The notes below the pieces were generated by a model that was given only the letters and a program-made list of their open reading frames with translations, was not told the origin of the DNA and did no database searches. A stretch of 64,000 nt of DNA from positions 2,479 to 66,478 of the forward strand of contig CAZSAL010000009.1 of assembly GCA_964604825.1 (NCBI GenBank), written 5' to 3'. Positions 16,701 to 26,364 of this stretch are shown one piece after another. The translations under genes were made by a program, and so were the position numbers. The stretch comes from an uncultured Elusimicrobia bacterium (lineage in GTDB: Bacteria; Elusimicrobiota; Elusimicrobia; 2-01-FULL-59-12). How positions within the stretch are numbered: position 1 is the first letter of the stretch; each line of letters opens with the position of its first letter.

Positions 16701-18197
16701 ATGAAGCGGAAGAGCTTCTTTCTGCTGACGGCGTTCTGTCTGACCGCGGGGAATTGCGTCTGGACGGATGAAACCCCTTTCTTTAACCAGCCTGTTAAAA
16801 TCTCTACGTATACCGTAAATGTTCCAGCAGGCGCGGCAGCTCCACGCCGGCGGCGTCATCTTCCCACCGGGGCCGATATTCAGCGCAGCTACAAAAAATA
16901 CGGAAAACCGAATCCGCGCGTTGAGGAACCGTCAGCTCAGCCGATGCCTTCGCAGGCTCCGGAGATGCCGACTTTTCGCCAGGCGCCGCCTCCTGCCCCG
17001 GCGCCTCCAGCGCCGCAGACTGCCACCGAGCGTTTCTTCGCCGGGGCAGCCAGGATCATGACCTATACCAAAAATAACAATCTGTTTGTCTGGCTTCCGG
17101 CAATCGCCACTGATCCCAATGCCGGTCCGACGTACGGCGTCCTGCCAGTTACAGTGATTTCCAATCCGGTGACCAACCATATCCGCCACCTGCTGGCTCC
17201 TTCCTATACGTATAACTCTATTTTCGGCCAGACGGCCACCATGCGTTATTTCTATTACCCTACAGACGAAAGCCAGCTTTACACCATCGGCAGCTTTTCG
17301 CAGCATACCAACCGCGAAATCAAAGTCCGCTACGAGAACACCGCTGCCTGGGATGGAATGGGTTACGTTTACGCCGAAGGCGCGCACGACGTAGATGCTT
17401 CCGACAGATTTTATGGTTTGGGACCGGGAACTCATTCTCAGGATGAAACCGGCTATACGGCCGGGGATACCTATGCACGGGGGGATATCGGCCTGAACTT
17501 TTTCAAATACTGGCGCGCTTCGACCGGGATTCGTTTTCGCACTATGGACGTAGACCACACCATTGTTCCGGGCGTCAACGATCTCGCGAATGCTTTTCCG
17601 ACGCTGGCCGGTCTGGGCACAAAAAACACCGTGGCTTACGAATGCAGGCTTTTTATGGACTCGCGTGACTACCCGATTACTCCTTCCAGGGGAAGTTCTG
17701 GCGAGGTCTGGTTTGAGAAAACTTTCCAGACGCTCGGCAGCGATTCCATATTCATCCGCTACGGCGCGGAGGCGAAACATTTCTTTATATGGGAAAATCA
17801 TCCTGACCAGGTCACCGTTATACACGGCCTGTATGAGTGGGTGAACGGCCCGTACATTCCTTTCTATGAATTGACTTCTGTCGGCGGCCGGGACACCCTG
17901 CGGGGTTTTGGCGAAGGGCGGTTTACGGACCGCGGGCGGATGGTCTTTAATGTGGAGCAGCGCATGCGCATCGCTTCCCTGACCATGATGGGCATCAAAA
18001 CCAATTTCGAGATAGCGCCGTTTATTGACGGCGGCGAAGTTTTCCCAACTCTTCCGCAGGCGGAAATCAGGAATTTTCATCCTGTCTATGGAACGGCCTT
18101 TCGCGCTGCGGTCAAACCCAATGTCGTAGGGTCTGTCGATGTCGGCGTCGGCAATGAAGGGCCCGCCGTGTTCGTCGGCATAAATTATCCTTTCTAA
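16701..18197 (+). CDS. Omp85/D15-like outer-membrane beta-barrel protein
   Basis: Signal peptide MKRKSFFLLTAFCLTAGNCVW, a Pro/Ala-rich linker, TSVGGRDTLRGFGEGRF (Omp85-type motif), C-terminal ...VGINYPF. The 428-aa antisense ORF 16932..18218 was rejected. Confidence 0.5.
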   Translation: MKRKSFFLLTAFCLTAGNCVWTDETPFFNQPVKISTYTVNVPAGAAAPRRRRHLPTGADIQRSYKKYGKPNPRVEEPSAQPMPSQAPEMPTFRQAPPPAPAPPAPQTATERFFAGAARIMTYTKNNNLFVWLPAIATDPNAGPTYGVLPVTVISNPVTNHIRHLLAPSYTYNSIFGQTATMRYFYYPTDESQLYTIGSFSQHTNREIKVRYENTAAWDGMGYVYAEGAHDVDASDRFYGLGPGTHSQDETGYTAGDTYARGDIGLNFFKYWRASTGIRFRTMDVDHTIVPGVNDLANAFPTLAGLGTKNTVAYECRLFMDSRDYPITPSRGSSGEVWFEKTFQTLGSDSIFIRYGAEAKHFFIWENHPDQVTVIHGLYEWVNGPYIPFYELTSVGGRDTLRGFGEGRFTDRGRMVFNVEQRMRIASLTMMGIKTNFEIAPFIDGGEVFPTLPQAEIRNFHPVYGTAFRAAVKPNVVGSVDVGVGNEGPAVFVGINYPF

Positions 18198-18616
18198 CGA
18201 TCGTCCACCTCGAAACAATTCGCTTCTCGTCGGGAATTATCCCAACCGGACATTTTCCCTTGAAATATTTCTAAACGTGTAGGAACCTTACCAGTGAGAA
18301 GACGTTCTGGAAATGGACATGCAGCGAGCGGGAGGTTGAATGCTGGGAGTAGGAACGCTGGTAAGCCGGGTGGGAAGCGCGCAGGCAGCGGAAAGAATCC
18401 TGCGCGATCATTTCGTGTCAAAACGGGGCCGGAGCCTGCACGACAACCGCTATGCGAGCATGGAATTCCTCCTGAAATGGTCGCCGCTCTTCCGACGGCA
18501 CGCCGGACCCGCCTCGCCAATTTAACCCGCCAGTTTACCGTCTGAGAAACCAGCGCCGTCGGAATCCGCGCCCTGCCTTTCGCCGGAGGTTTTATTCCTC
18601 GTCGGGAAAAATATTG

Positions 18617-18645
18617 TTGACAGTCGGATACCGTCGATATAGAAT
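18617..18645 (+). promoter_or_regulatory. Consensus sigma70-type promoter for the small tandem-repeat protein gene
   Basis: TTGACA (18617-18622), 17-nt spacer, TAGAAT (18640-18645); the RBS GAGGGGG lies ~8 nt before ATG 18695. Confidence 0.6.
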
Positions 18646-18694
18646 ACAGCCGTTTTAATAAAACTATTCTTTACCGACGAGGGGGTGATTCAAC

Positions 18695-18916
18695 ATGGCA
18701 GAGAAAGTGGCTAAGGCTGGTGTTAAACGGCAGGATGGGTATCTCTATTTCATCGATAAACAGGGAGATGTCTCTCGCGCCAAAATGGCACGCGGCGGAA
18801 AGAAGGGCGGCAAGCCTGAAAAAGTCGCAAAGGTTGGAGTCAAGAAGCAGGCGGGCTACCTGTATTTCCTCGACAAAGGTGGCGATGTATCCCGCGCCAA
18901 GATGAAACGCCGTTAG
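18695..18916 (+). CDS. Small basic tandem-repeat protein (2 x ~33 aa: VAKxGVKxQxGYLYFxDKxGDVSRAKM)
   Basis: 73 aa, Lys/Arg-rich, two nearly identical internal repeats. It is preceded by a consensus promoter (TTGACA-17-TAGAAT) and the RBS GAGGGGG. Confidence 0.5.
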   Translation: MAEKVAKAGVKRQDGYLYFIDKQGDVSRAKMARGGKKGGKPEKVAKVGVKKQAGYLYFLDKGGDVSRAKMKRR

Positions 18917-19116
18917 TCCCTCGGCTGCGCTCGGGAGACTGAGCAACGTCGAAGGAAATGGTCGTACTTTTTCAACAGAACCCCTTTCCCCAGGCTAGTC
19001 CTGAGGAAAGGGGTTTCTGCTTGTGGATCCAGCCCGCCTCAGGGTCGCTCATCATAAGTCAAATCCATTTTGATGGAGCGCAGCGGATCGAACCATGTGC
19101 TAAAATTCAATCCAAT

Positions 19117-19812
19117 ATGGAAACTTTTGCGAAGGAAACAGACGGTTTTTTCGCCCGCCATTTCGACCGGAAAATTTCCGGCGCAATCAGCCGCAGGTTG
19201 ATCCAGACCCCCGTCACCCCCAACCAGATAACCGTTGGCGTCACCCTCATCGGCATTTTCAGCGGCGTGCTTATGGCTCAGAAAGGAGCGACCTGCAAAA
19301 TCGCCGGGGCGCTTGTTTTTCTGCTGACCTCAATACTCGACGGGTGCGACGGCGAAGTGGCCCGCGCAAAAAAAATGACCTCCCGGCTGGGAGGATGGCT
19401 CGATCTCTGGGGTGACAATGTTATCCATATCGCCGTTTTCTATGGCCTGGGCTTGGGGCTTGCCAAAGATCTGGGAAACCCCGTCTACGTCGCATTGGGA
19501 CAGATTGCCGCAGTCGGGACTTTGATCGCGGCTTCTCTTGCCAGTTACCAGACTTACATGGCCGGTCGGAGTTCGTTCACTTCGGTATCCGGAGATGCGA
19601 GCCGGTTCTCTCAAAATAAGTGGACTGGAAAGCTTACCCGATTGAGCGACGTCCTGGCCCGGCGCGATTTCATCTATGGCGTTGTGGTTCTTGCCTTAGT
19701 TAACCGGCTGCAATGGTTCCTGTGGGCCTGCAGCATTGGAGTGGTGATGTATGCCTTTGTGCTATTGGTTTTATTCTTTCTTACATTGCCCGCAAAAAGG
19801 AGAGCGGAGTGA
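19117..19812 (+). CDS. CDP-alcohol phosphatidyltransferase family protein
   Basis: DGCDGEVARAKKMTSRLGGWLDLWGD matches D-G-x2-A-R-x8-G-x3-D-x3-D; multiple TM helices. ATG at 19117 (METFAKE...) is preferred over the upstream track start. The stop overlaps the next gene's GTG (GTGA). Confidence 0.75.
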   Translation: METFAKETDGFFARHFDRKISGAISRRLIQTPVTPNQITVGVTLIGIFSGVLMAQKGATCKIAGALVFLLTSILDGCDGEVARAKKMTSRLGGWLDLWGDNVIHIAVFYGLGLGLAKDLGNPVYVALGQIAAVGTLIAASLASYQTYMAGRSSFTSVSGDASRFSQNKWTGKLTRLSDVLARRDFIYGVVVLALVNRLQWFLWACSIGVVMYAFVLLVLFFLTLPAKRRAE

Positions 19813-20756
19813 AAATCTTCCGAATCATTGCGCTTTTGATCGGCCTCTCCGCAGTCGGATTCTTTGTTCATCAGGTGGGCGTATCGCAGGTGGCTTCGAC
19901 TTTAGGGCTTCTGCGCTGGAGTTATTTCATTGTACTGGCATACCCGCTTGTCTGGATGCTGTTGAATACCATGGGCTGGCAGGTGACGTGTCCCAGCGGG
20001 GTTTCTTTTCTGCGGCTGGTTCAAATCCGTATGGCGGGGGAATGCTTTAACTCGCTGCTTCCCTCCGGTTATGTCGGCGGCGAGCCGTTGAAAGTTAAAC
20101 TGCTGGCGGAAAAAACCGGGCTCAGAGAAGCGACGGCTTCGGCTCTTGTGGCAAAATCCGCTCAGAGCATCGGTATGGTGCTGTATCTGGGTTTAGGATT
20201 GACCTATGCCCGGCCGGAAGGCAGCACCCGAGACTGGGCGTCGCTGACTGCGCTTACAGCGCTGGGTCTGGGCATTGGTATCTTTACATGGCTCCTGGCT
20301 AACCGTTCTTTCAGCCGCCTGGGACGTGTGCTGCATCGCCTTACCGGGCATCCCTGGCTCCATAAGCAGGAGGGGCGTCTTTTGATGCTGGATGAGTCTC
20401 TGGGACATTTTTTCCGTCATGATACAGGCAGGTTTTTCGAAAGCGTTGTTTTTCATACCGGAGGCTGGCTGGCAGGAGCCCTGGAGTTATGGATAATCTT
20501 CCATTTGCTCGGTCACCCCTTCGGCTGGAAGGACGCCTGGTTTATGGGCGCCATGGCGCAGCTGGGAGCTACGGTGGGATTCGTTGCTCCTGCCGGGGTC
20601 GGTTTTTTCGAAGGGGGGCATTACCTCGCAGCTATAGCTTTAGGCCTGCCGCCGTCTCTGGGAGTCAGCGTCAGCCTTATCCGCCGGGTGCGCGAAATTT
20701 TCTGGGATATCGTCGGCGTAAGTCTCTTCTGGAAATTAACCCGCCGTCAGCAGTAA
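19809..20756 (+). CDS. Flippase-like / MprF-type transmembrane domain protein (UPF0104-like)
   Basis: ~315-aa polytopic membrane protein (KIFRIIALLIGLSAVGFFV..., GECFNSLLPSGYVGGEPLKVKLL) resembling the lysyl-PG synthase/flippase-like TM family. Translationally coupled to the CDP-alcohol phosphatidyltransferase upstream. Confidence 0.55.
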   Translation: MKIFRIIALLIGLSAVGFFVHQVGVSQVASTLGLLRWSYFIVLAYPLVWMLLNTMGWQVTCPSGVSFLRLVQIRMAGECFNSLLPSGYVGGEPLKVKLLAEKTGLREATASALVAKSAQSIGMVLYLGLGLTYARPEGSTRDWASLTALTALGLGIGIFTWLLANRSFSRLGRVLHRLTGHPWLHKQEGRLLMLDESLGHFFRHDTGRFFESVVFHTGGWLAGALELWIIFHLLGHPFGWKDAWFMGAMAQLGATVGFVAPAGVGFFEGGHYLAAIALGLPPSLGVSVSLIRRVREIFWDIVGVSLFWKLTRRQQ

Positions 20757-20772
20757 ACCTTTCCTTGAAATT

Positions 20773-22284
20773 CTATTCCGAAAAGGCTTCGCTGCGGAAA
20801 ACCCGCAGTTCTACGGAAGGATCTTTCCAGCAGCCGGGAGGCAGTCCGGCCTTTTGCGAGCAAAGCGTATCCAAAAAAGATGTTTTATCCGGCAGACTTT
20901 CCCACACCTCAGGCAGGAAAAGTCCGGAATGGCGTCCATTACGCACGATCACGCCGTCGCGTCCCGGCACGATCTCTCCGGCATCTTTTATGCGCTGAGG
21001 CGGCGAAAGTATGGATATTTCGACGCGTATATCCTTAAGTTCGGCCTGTTCCAGCGGCTGGAAACGCGTGTCCTCAAAAGCGGCCGACCTAGCGAAATGA
21101 CGGACCGCTTCCCAGAGACTGAACTGCGGTTCTACAGTCCCCACACAGCCGCGCAATTCGCCGTGCCTGCGCAGCGTAACAAAGACCGCGGCGGGAAGGT
21201 TAAGGTCATAGTTTTTGTTCAGCGGCTCAAAGGAAAAACGTTTTTGCGCGAGTCCGTCGGCTATTGAAGTGCGCGCCGCATCAAGAAGCCGCTGCTGCGC
21301 CTTCTTATCCAGAAGGTCCGGGTTTTTGGGACGGCCTGCATGAACGAAAGCGACGGCAGCATAGCCTACGGAACGATCCGCCGTATCGGGAACCAGCTCC
21401 CCCGAATTGGCATAACGCAGGATCTGCGCCTGATTTGCGCCAAGGGCTTTAGCGGCGTAAAGACCCGTCCATATGGCGGTTTCACCGCAGGCGACCGTGA
21501 ACAGTTCCGGTTCCCCCCGGCTCATCAGTGTTTGCCCTGTCAGCTTCAGATATTCGGGATCAAGGCGCTCGAGCGCTTTGAGAAAAGTCTGGTCCACCGG
21601 CCTGGCTACATTGCTGCGCGGGTAATGCGAGAGGTCGGAGGAAATGACCAGGAGAGTTTTTCTTCCCCGCACGGCTTCCGCAATTGCAAGGCCCGCTTTG
21701 CGGGCAATCTCCAGATCTTCGGTGTTCATAACAACAGGCAGAATGCGGAATCTTTTAAGCCGCCGCTGCAGGAAAGGGAGCTGAACTTCAAGGGAATGTT
21801 CCGCGGCATGGGGTGCGGCTTCTTCCGCGAACACCGGAGAAGCAGCGAGCAGTTTCCCGGCAAGCTCTTCATCAACCGGCACGGAACCAAGCGGCGTCCG
21901 GAAAGATCCGCGCGCGACCAGGGCTGCGCCCTTGACCGCGACATGATGCGAGGGCCCGATCAGTATGACGGAAGGCCATTCGTCTTTCAGCGTCTTAAAG
22001 GCTTCCGCCGCTATTGGTCCGGAGTATTGATAGCCGGCATGCGGTACAAGGATTGCTGAAAGTTCCCCGTCAAGGCCATGCCTGCCGGCGCCGGCAAGAA
22101 GATGGTCCACCATATTCCTTAGCTCTCCCGGATTAGCGGGATAAAACTGCCCCGCTGCAGCCGGGGGTCTTTCATTTTCCGGTTGTGCGGCTGCAGGACG
22201 GCAAAACAGGGAACAGCCAAAAAAAAGCGAGCCAAATGCGGCCTTTTTATCCGGTACAAGGAGAATTTTCGGCATGCCGGACAA
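20773..22284 (-). CDS. Fused Memo-like (AmmeMemoRadiSam protein B) / AMMECR1 (protein A) protein
   Basis: N-terminal half has the Memo/extradiol-dioxygenase-like fold features (ILVPHAGYQYSGPIAAEAF, IGPSHH). The C-terminal half has the AMMECR1 signature AVFVTLRRHGELRGCVGTVEP. No radical-SAM partner lies adjacent. Confidence 0.7.
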   Translation of the reverse strand: MSGMPKILLVPDKKAAFGSLFFGCSLFCRPAAAQPENERPPAAAGQFYPANPGELRNMVDHLLAGAGRHGLDGELSAILVPHAGYQYSGPIAAEAFKTLKDEWPSVILIGPSHHVAVKGAALVARGSFRTPLGSVPVDEELAGKLLAASPVFAEEAAPHAAEHSLEVQLPFLQRRLKRFRILPVVMNTEDLEIARKAGLAIAEAVRGRKTLLVISSDLSHYPRSNVARPVDQTFLKALERLDPEYLKLTGQTLMSRGEPELFTVACGETAIWTGLYAAKALGANQAQILRYANSGELVPDTADRSVGYAAVAFVHAGRPKNPDLLDKKAQQRLLDAARTSIADGLAQKRFSFEPLNKNYDLNLPAAVFVTLRRHGELRGCVGTVEPQFSLWEAVRHFARSAAFEDTRFQPLEQAELKDIRVEISILSPPQRIKDAGEIVPGRDGVIVRNGRHSGLFLPEVWESLPDKTSFLDTLCSQKAGLPPGCWKDPSVELRVFRSEAFSE

Positions 22285-22323
22285 GTTTAGCTCGCAAAGA
22301 GTTCTAATGCAACGGTGCGGTGG

Positions 22324-23373
22324 TCAGCGGGGGAGGGCGGGTTTTAATTCAGGGGGAGCAACAGGTACAGTCTTGCCGTTTAATGCGGCGGAAGCATAAG
22401 AAGCCTGCATCAGCGCCGCGCACCAGCCCGCTTCCCTAAAGTTTTTCCCGGTGGGATGGTCCAGTTCTTCGCGAAAGGCAGGCAGGAGAGCCTCGAACCA
22501 GTCAGCATGATGGGAACCGGCGGAAAGCGCGGCATCAAAATGGAATTCCTCGGTCATTCCGCCCGCCGCCAGGATAATCCGTACATCATCAATGATAAGC
22601 ACGCCTTTTTCACCATGAATGATTGCGGCATTGCGCCGGTTCGGCGCGCGCCAGGTGAGTTTTAGAAAAGCTTCGGCATCCCCGAATGAAATAACGCCTC
22701 GGGCAGCTTCTTCCAGATCGCCCGCGCCTGTCTGCATGCTCATGGATACGGCAGAAGGCTCCACGCCCATGAGGTTAAAAAGAAGGTAAAAAGCGTGCCA
22801 GCCATGATCAACAAGGATTCCTCCGCCGGCTACCGCTTTGTTCGTGCGCCAGTCTTCAGCCGGCTGCCTTCCGTTTGAGGAACCTTCCGAAGCGCCTTTG
22901 CAGTGGGAATTCCTCAGGACGTAGAGTTCCGTATGCCAGATCCGGCCCAGGCGTCCTTTGCGGATGAGTTCAAACGCTTTCTGAAAGATCTGCGCGTGTT
23001 TCCAGTTGTGGACCGTGAAGAGCGTTTTCGCATGCCGGGAAACCAGGCTGGAAAGGATTTCGTAATCGGCGGCACTCAAAGTAAGAGGTTTTTCGCAGAG
23101 GACATCCCAGCCGTTTGCCAGCGCCGTACCTGCGAATTCTACATGCGACGCGGGCGGCGTACAGATATCAACGAAATCCAGCCGTTCTCCGGCCAGGGCC
23201 TCGATAGAGGGAAAAACTTTCAGGTCCTTCTTAAAGGCCAGTGCGGCTTTGCGGCGGGCTTCGGCGGGATCGACGACGGCGACAATTTCAAAATCCGCAG
23301 ATTTCGCGTAACCCGGCCAATGGCCGTTGGCCGCCACATTGCCGAATCCTATAATGGCTCCGCGTCTAGGCAT
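22324..23373 (-). CDS. Gfo/Idh/MocA family NAD(P)-dependent oxidoreductase
   Basis: MPRRGAIIGFGNVAANGHWPGY (Rossmann), EKPLTLSAADYEIL, and ~350 aa from the internal Met. This family includes inositol 2-dehydrogenase. Confidence 0.75.
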   Translation of the reverse strand: MPRRGAIIGFGNVAANGHWPGYAKSADFEIVAVVDPAEARRKAALAFKKDLKVFPSIEALAGERLDFVDICTPPASHVEFAGTALANGWDVLCEKPLTLSAADYEILSSLVSRHAKTLFTVHNWKHAQIFQKAFELIRKGRLGRIWHTELYVLRNSHCKGASEGSSNGRQPAEDWRTNKAVAGGGILVDHGWHAFYLLFNLMGVEPSAVSMSMQTGAGDLEEAARGVISFGDAEAFLKLTWRAPNRRNAAIIHGEKGVLIIDDVRIILAAGGMTEEFHFDAALSAGSHHADWFEALLPAFREELDHPTGKNFREAGWCAALMQASYASAALNGKTVPVAPPELKPALPR

Positions 23374-24682
23374 GAATTTCGCCGGCGACGGCGCCGAGCG
23401 CTTCGTCGATGATTGCCGCGCCTTCGAGCGCTTCCGCTTCGGAAAGCGTGAGCGGAGGATGGATGCGGACGCGTGGAGCATATCCCATCATGATCAGCCC
23501 GCGCTTCAGGCACTCGGCAAAGAAGCGCTCGCAGAGCGGCTTGCCGAGGGACTCTTTTGTCGCCTGGTTTTTTACAAGTTCAAAACCGATCAGAAGTCCC
23601 CGGCCGCGCACTTCTCCGACAAACGGGTATTTGCTCAGGCGGCGCGCCAGTTCATTACGCAGGACAGCGCCCACCTTCGCGCTGTTTTCCACAAGATTGT
23701 CTTCCTTGATCGTCTGGAGGGTGACCATCGCAGCGGCGCTGGCAAAAGGGTTGCCGCCATAGCTGGAAGAAGAAGCGCTGGGCAGGGACCATGGTTTCGC
23801 CGAAACGATTTCGTCCGTGGAAACCACCCCGCTGACGGGAAATCCCGAACCCATGCCTTTGCCGATGGTCATAATATCGGGTTCGACATCGTCATGCTGA
23901 AAGCCGAACCATAGCCCCGTCCGGCCGAAGCCGCAGATCATCTCGTCGGAAATGTAGAGCGCTCCGTTTTCATGCGCGATGTCGCGCAGGGCGCGGAGAA
24001 ATCCGGCAGGGGGAATGATATTGCCTGCCGTACCCTGGATCGGCTCGGCTATAATCGCGGCAAGCTTGCCTCTGGCATTTTTCTGGATAACTTCTTTCAC
24101 CTGGTCAATTGCATGCTGGAGACATTTTTCCGTAGAACCGTTGAAGCGGTAAGTGTAGGGATAGGTGGCTATGTGCATTCCCGGCGCCAGCGGGCCGACA
24201 TGAATTTTCCAGTCCACGTCGGATAGCGGCAGGACGCCTCCGGTTTTTCCATGGAAGCCGCCGGTAAAGCCGATCACATCCGTGTGTTTGGTATAGGAAC
24301 GGGCCAGGCGTATCGCGGCCTCAACCGCTTCTGCGCCACCGGAGAAAAGCTGCGTGCGGCCCAATTTTCCCGGAGCCAGTTCATTGATAAGCTTCATGAA
24401 TTTCAGGCGGGCTTCGCTGGTAAAACTGCCCACTGTGACTTTTTCCAGCTGCGCGCGCATCGCTGCGATATATTTCGGGTGCGAATAACCCAGGCTGCAG
24501 ACCGAGACGCCCACGTTGAAGTCCAGATAACGGTTGCCGTCCACGTCGTAAAGATAAGAGCCCTGGCCATGATCGATTGTGAGCTTGGAAAGCAGCGCGA
24601 TGGACTGAATTCCCGGGGCAATCAAATGCTGTTCTTCTTCGAAAAGAGCGGCTGATTTCGGCCCGGGCCAATTATTCACCCC
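23366..24682 (-). CDS. Class III (omega-type) PLP-dependent aminotransferase
   Basis: GFTGGFHGKTGG, DEMICGFGRTG, and a Lys-containing TIGKGMGSG block. A likely GTG start near 24682 is preceded by GGGAGAGGG. The track ORF extends upstream through a repeat element. Confidence 0.8.
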   Translation of the reverse strand, partial: GVNNWPGPKSAALFEEEQHLIAPGIQSIALLSKLTIDHGQGSYLYDVDGNRYLDFNVGVSVCSLGYSHPKYIAAMRAQLEKVTVGSFTSEARLKFMKLINELAPGKLGRTQLFSGGAEAVEAAIRLARSYTKHTDVIGFTGGFHGKTGGVLPLSDVDWKIHVGPLAPGMHIATYPYTYRFNGSTEKCLQHAIDQVKEVIQKNARGKLAAIIAEPIQGTAGNIIPPAGFLRALRDIAHENGALYISDEMICGFGRTGLWFGFQHDDVEPDIMTIGKGMGSGFPVSGVVSTDEIVSAKPWSLPSASSSSYGGNPFASAAAMVTLQTIKEDNLVENSAKVGAVLRNELARRLSKYPFVGEVRGRGLLIGFELVKNQATKESLGKPLCERFFAECLKRGLIMMGYAPRVRIHPPLTLSEAEALEGAAIIDEALGAVAGEIHA

Positions 24683-24772
24683 TCTCCCCTTGTGGGAGAG
24701 GGTGGGGGTGAGGGGAGGTGTTGATCTCATGATAGTCCCCCTATCCTAGCCTTCCCCCGCAAGGGGGGAAGG
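24679..24772. repeat. Hairpin/G-tract/C-tract/hairpin composite repeat, copy R2 (ATP-grasp / aminotransferase junction)
   Basis: CCCTCTCCC-cttgt-GGGAGAGGG, then TGGGGGTGAGGGGAGG, a spacer, TCCCCCTATCCTAG, then CCTTCCCCC-gcaa-GGGGGGAAGG. Same order and arm sequences as R1. Confidence 0.5.
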
Positions 24773-25615
24773 AATTTTAAACAGGCAGTTGTTTTCGTAG
24801 GCATAGTATGTTTCCTTTAGGTAACGAGCTATAGCGCTGGCCGCCGCGCCGCGGCACGGAGCGAAAGAGGGCCAGTCGTTGAGGTCAATCAGAGTAATTT
24901 TGCCATCGGACGAAATGATGGCGTCGCCGCCGTAAATGGCGATATCAAGCGCCGCCGCAGCCTGTTCCGCTATGCGCTGCAGTTCCTGTTCGACAAAAGG
25001 GTAGCCTTCGCATTCTTTGGGATAGTAAGGCCAGAACAGACCGTCTCCGCGGACGGCATAAAATTTGACCTCATCTCCTGCGCAGTGCGCCTGGAGCACG
25101 GCCTTCTTCAATCCCCGGGAGGAAAACTGTTTAAGCGCGGCAGGCAGCAGCGGAGCTTTTTCTATGCGCAGCACGTCTCCCGCCTGCGTGGCATGCACGT
25201 CGTCGCGCTTAAGCCATGCGCCGTCATTCTCAAAAAAAGGCTCCAGCAGTTTAAGATCTTCAGATCCATCGGTCTTCACTTCCACGCTTTTGGGAAAGGC
25301 AAGATGGTTTTCAAGCATCAGCCGGCAAAGGAAGTCGCGGTAGGTGGCGCGCGAAGCGGCGGGATCGTTGCAGATCAGCGCGCCGGAACTTTGCCATTCC
25401 GTAAGCTCCGCTATCGCATCAGGTCCCTGGCACATGGAAAAAATCAGGGAGGCGTCCTTCCAGCAGTTCCGGGCTTCATCAATTGTCGTAAGCTTCAGGG
25501 GAATGTTTTCCCTTTCCAGGGCCATGCCTACCAGCCGCAGTATTTTGGCGTCATTCGAATTGTGGCGGCCGGGCGAATAAGCAGGTTCGCGATAAATGCC
25601 GAGGAAGGGCTTCAT
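24746..25615 (-). CDS. ATP-grasp-like protein (tentative)
   Basis: The C-terminal block DIAIYGGDAIISSDGKITLIDLNDWPSFA resembles the ATP-grasp Mg/ATP-binding region. The assignment is weak. The last 8 codons are encoded by a hairpin repeat. Confidence 0.35.
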   Translation of the reverse strand: MKPFLGIYREPAYSPGRHNSNDAKILRLVGMALERENIPLKLTTIDEARNCWKDASLIFSMCQGPDAIAELTEWQSSGALICNDPAASRATYRDFLCRLMLENHLAFPKSVEVKTDGSEDLKLLEPFFENDGAWLKRDDVHATQAGDVLRIEKAPLLPAALKQFSSRGLKKAVLQAHCAGDEVKFYAVRGDGLFWPYYPKECEGYPFVEQELQRIAEQAAAALDIAIYGGDAIISSDGKITLIDLNDWPSFAPCRGAAASAIARYLKETYYAYENNCLFKIPSPLAGEG

Positions 25616-26364
25616 CGAGGTAACCGCCTTTCCGCGGAAACGATGTCTTCCGGCCGGTCAATATCCATAACCGGAGGCAAAGGCACGCCGTAAATGCGGT
25701 AGCCGCATTTCAGCAGATGGCCGAGAAACTGGCGGAGAGCGGTGTAATTGTTTTTCAGGGCAGCCTCTTTTTCCTTCAAAATTTCCGGTTGAACGAAATA
25801 AAACCCGGAAGTTACATAACTGCTTTGAAATCCACCGTCATTCATGGCAACGATTTCGAAAGCCTCCGGGCGGTCTTCAATCCTGTCCGGCATGAAGCCG
25901 GAATCAGTTTCCCCGCGCAGAGCAACGCGCAGGGGTTTTTCGTCCTCAATAAAATCGGTCAAGCCCAGGACTACATGCGCATTCGCAAAAAGCCGGGATT
26001 TCCTGGCAAATTCGCTGTAAATCTCCGGGGGACAAACTGAATCAACCGTAGTGATCAGACAGGCGTCCGCATTCTTCCGCGCCAGCCGCTCAAGCACTAT
26101 CAAAAAACTGTGCATTGATGAGGGAGTAGTCCGGATGATCCAGTCCGCCTGAACCGGCCTTCCCTGCCCCGAAACATATGCGGGGACTTCGCCCGCCTGT
26201 TCATTAACTATGCAGGTGAAACTTTGCGCGCCTGCGGCCTGGAGGCCGTCCAGCGCGTAGTCAATAAGCGCTTTTCCGGCAACCTGCGTCAGAGCCTTTG
26301 GTTGCTTTTTCCCGAGCCGCTCACCCCATCCTGCAGCTATGATGCCGGCATTCAAGGCTGTCAC
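25612..26364 (-). CDS. Nucleotidyltransferase (NTP-transferase / MobA-like fold)
   Basis: N-terminal GIIAAGWGERLG (G-x-G-x-R-L-type motif of sugar/alcohol-phosphate nucleotidyltransferases); ~250 aa. It overlaps its neighbours by 4 nt on each side (operon). Confidence 0.6.
   Translation of the reverse strand: MTALNAGIIAAGWGERLGKKQPKALTQVAGKALIDYALDGLQAAGAQSFTCIVNEQAGEVPAYVSGQGRPVQADWIIRTTPSSMHSFLIVLERLARKNADACLITTVDSVCPPEIYSEFARKSRLFANAHVVLGLTDFIEDEKPLRVALRGETDSGFMPDRIEDRPEAFEIVAMNDGGFQSSYVTSGFYFVQPEILKEKEAALKNNYTALRQFLGHLLKCGYRIYGVPLPPVMDIDRPEDIVSAERRLPR

Noticed and set aside
16932-18218. 428-aa minus-strand ORF antisense to the Omp85-like gene
   Set aside because: Arg-rich, no motifs. 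The plus-strand ORF has a signal peptide, an Omp85-type motif and a C-terminal Phe. Only one of the two can be real, and the plus strand is far more convincing.
18200-18545. Possible small ORFs or an ncRNA between the Omp85-like gene and the tandem-repeat protein gene (ORFs 18294..18545, 18340..18525)
   Set aside because: No RBS, no motifs and no convincing secondary structure. It could be an untranslated spacer. Insufficient evidence either way.
21340-23914. Plus-strand ORFs 21340..22059, 22903..23412, 23327..23914
   Set aside because: Antisense to the AmmeMemo fusion, the Gfo/Idh/MocA gene and the aminotransferase. They carry no motifs.
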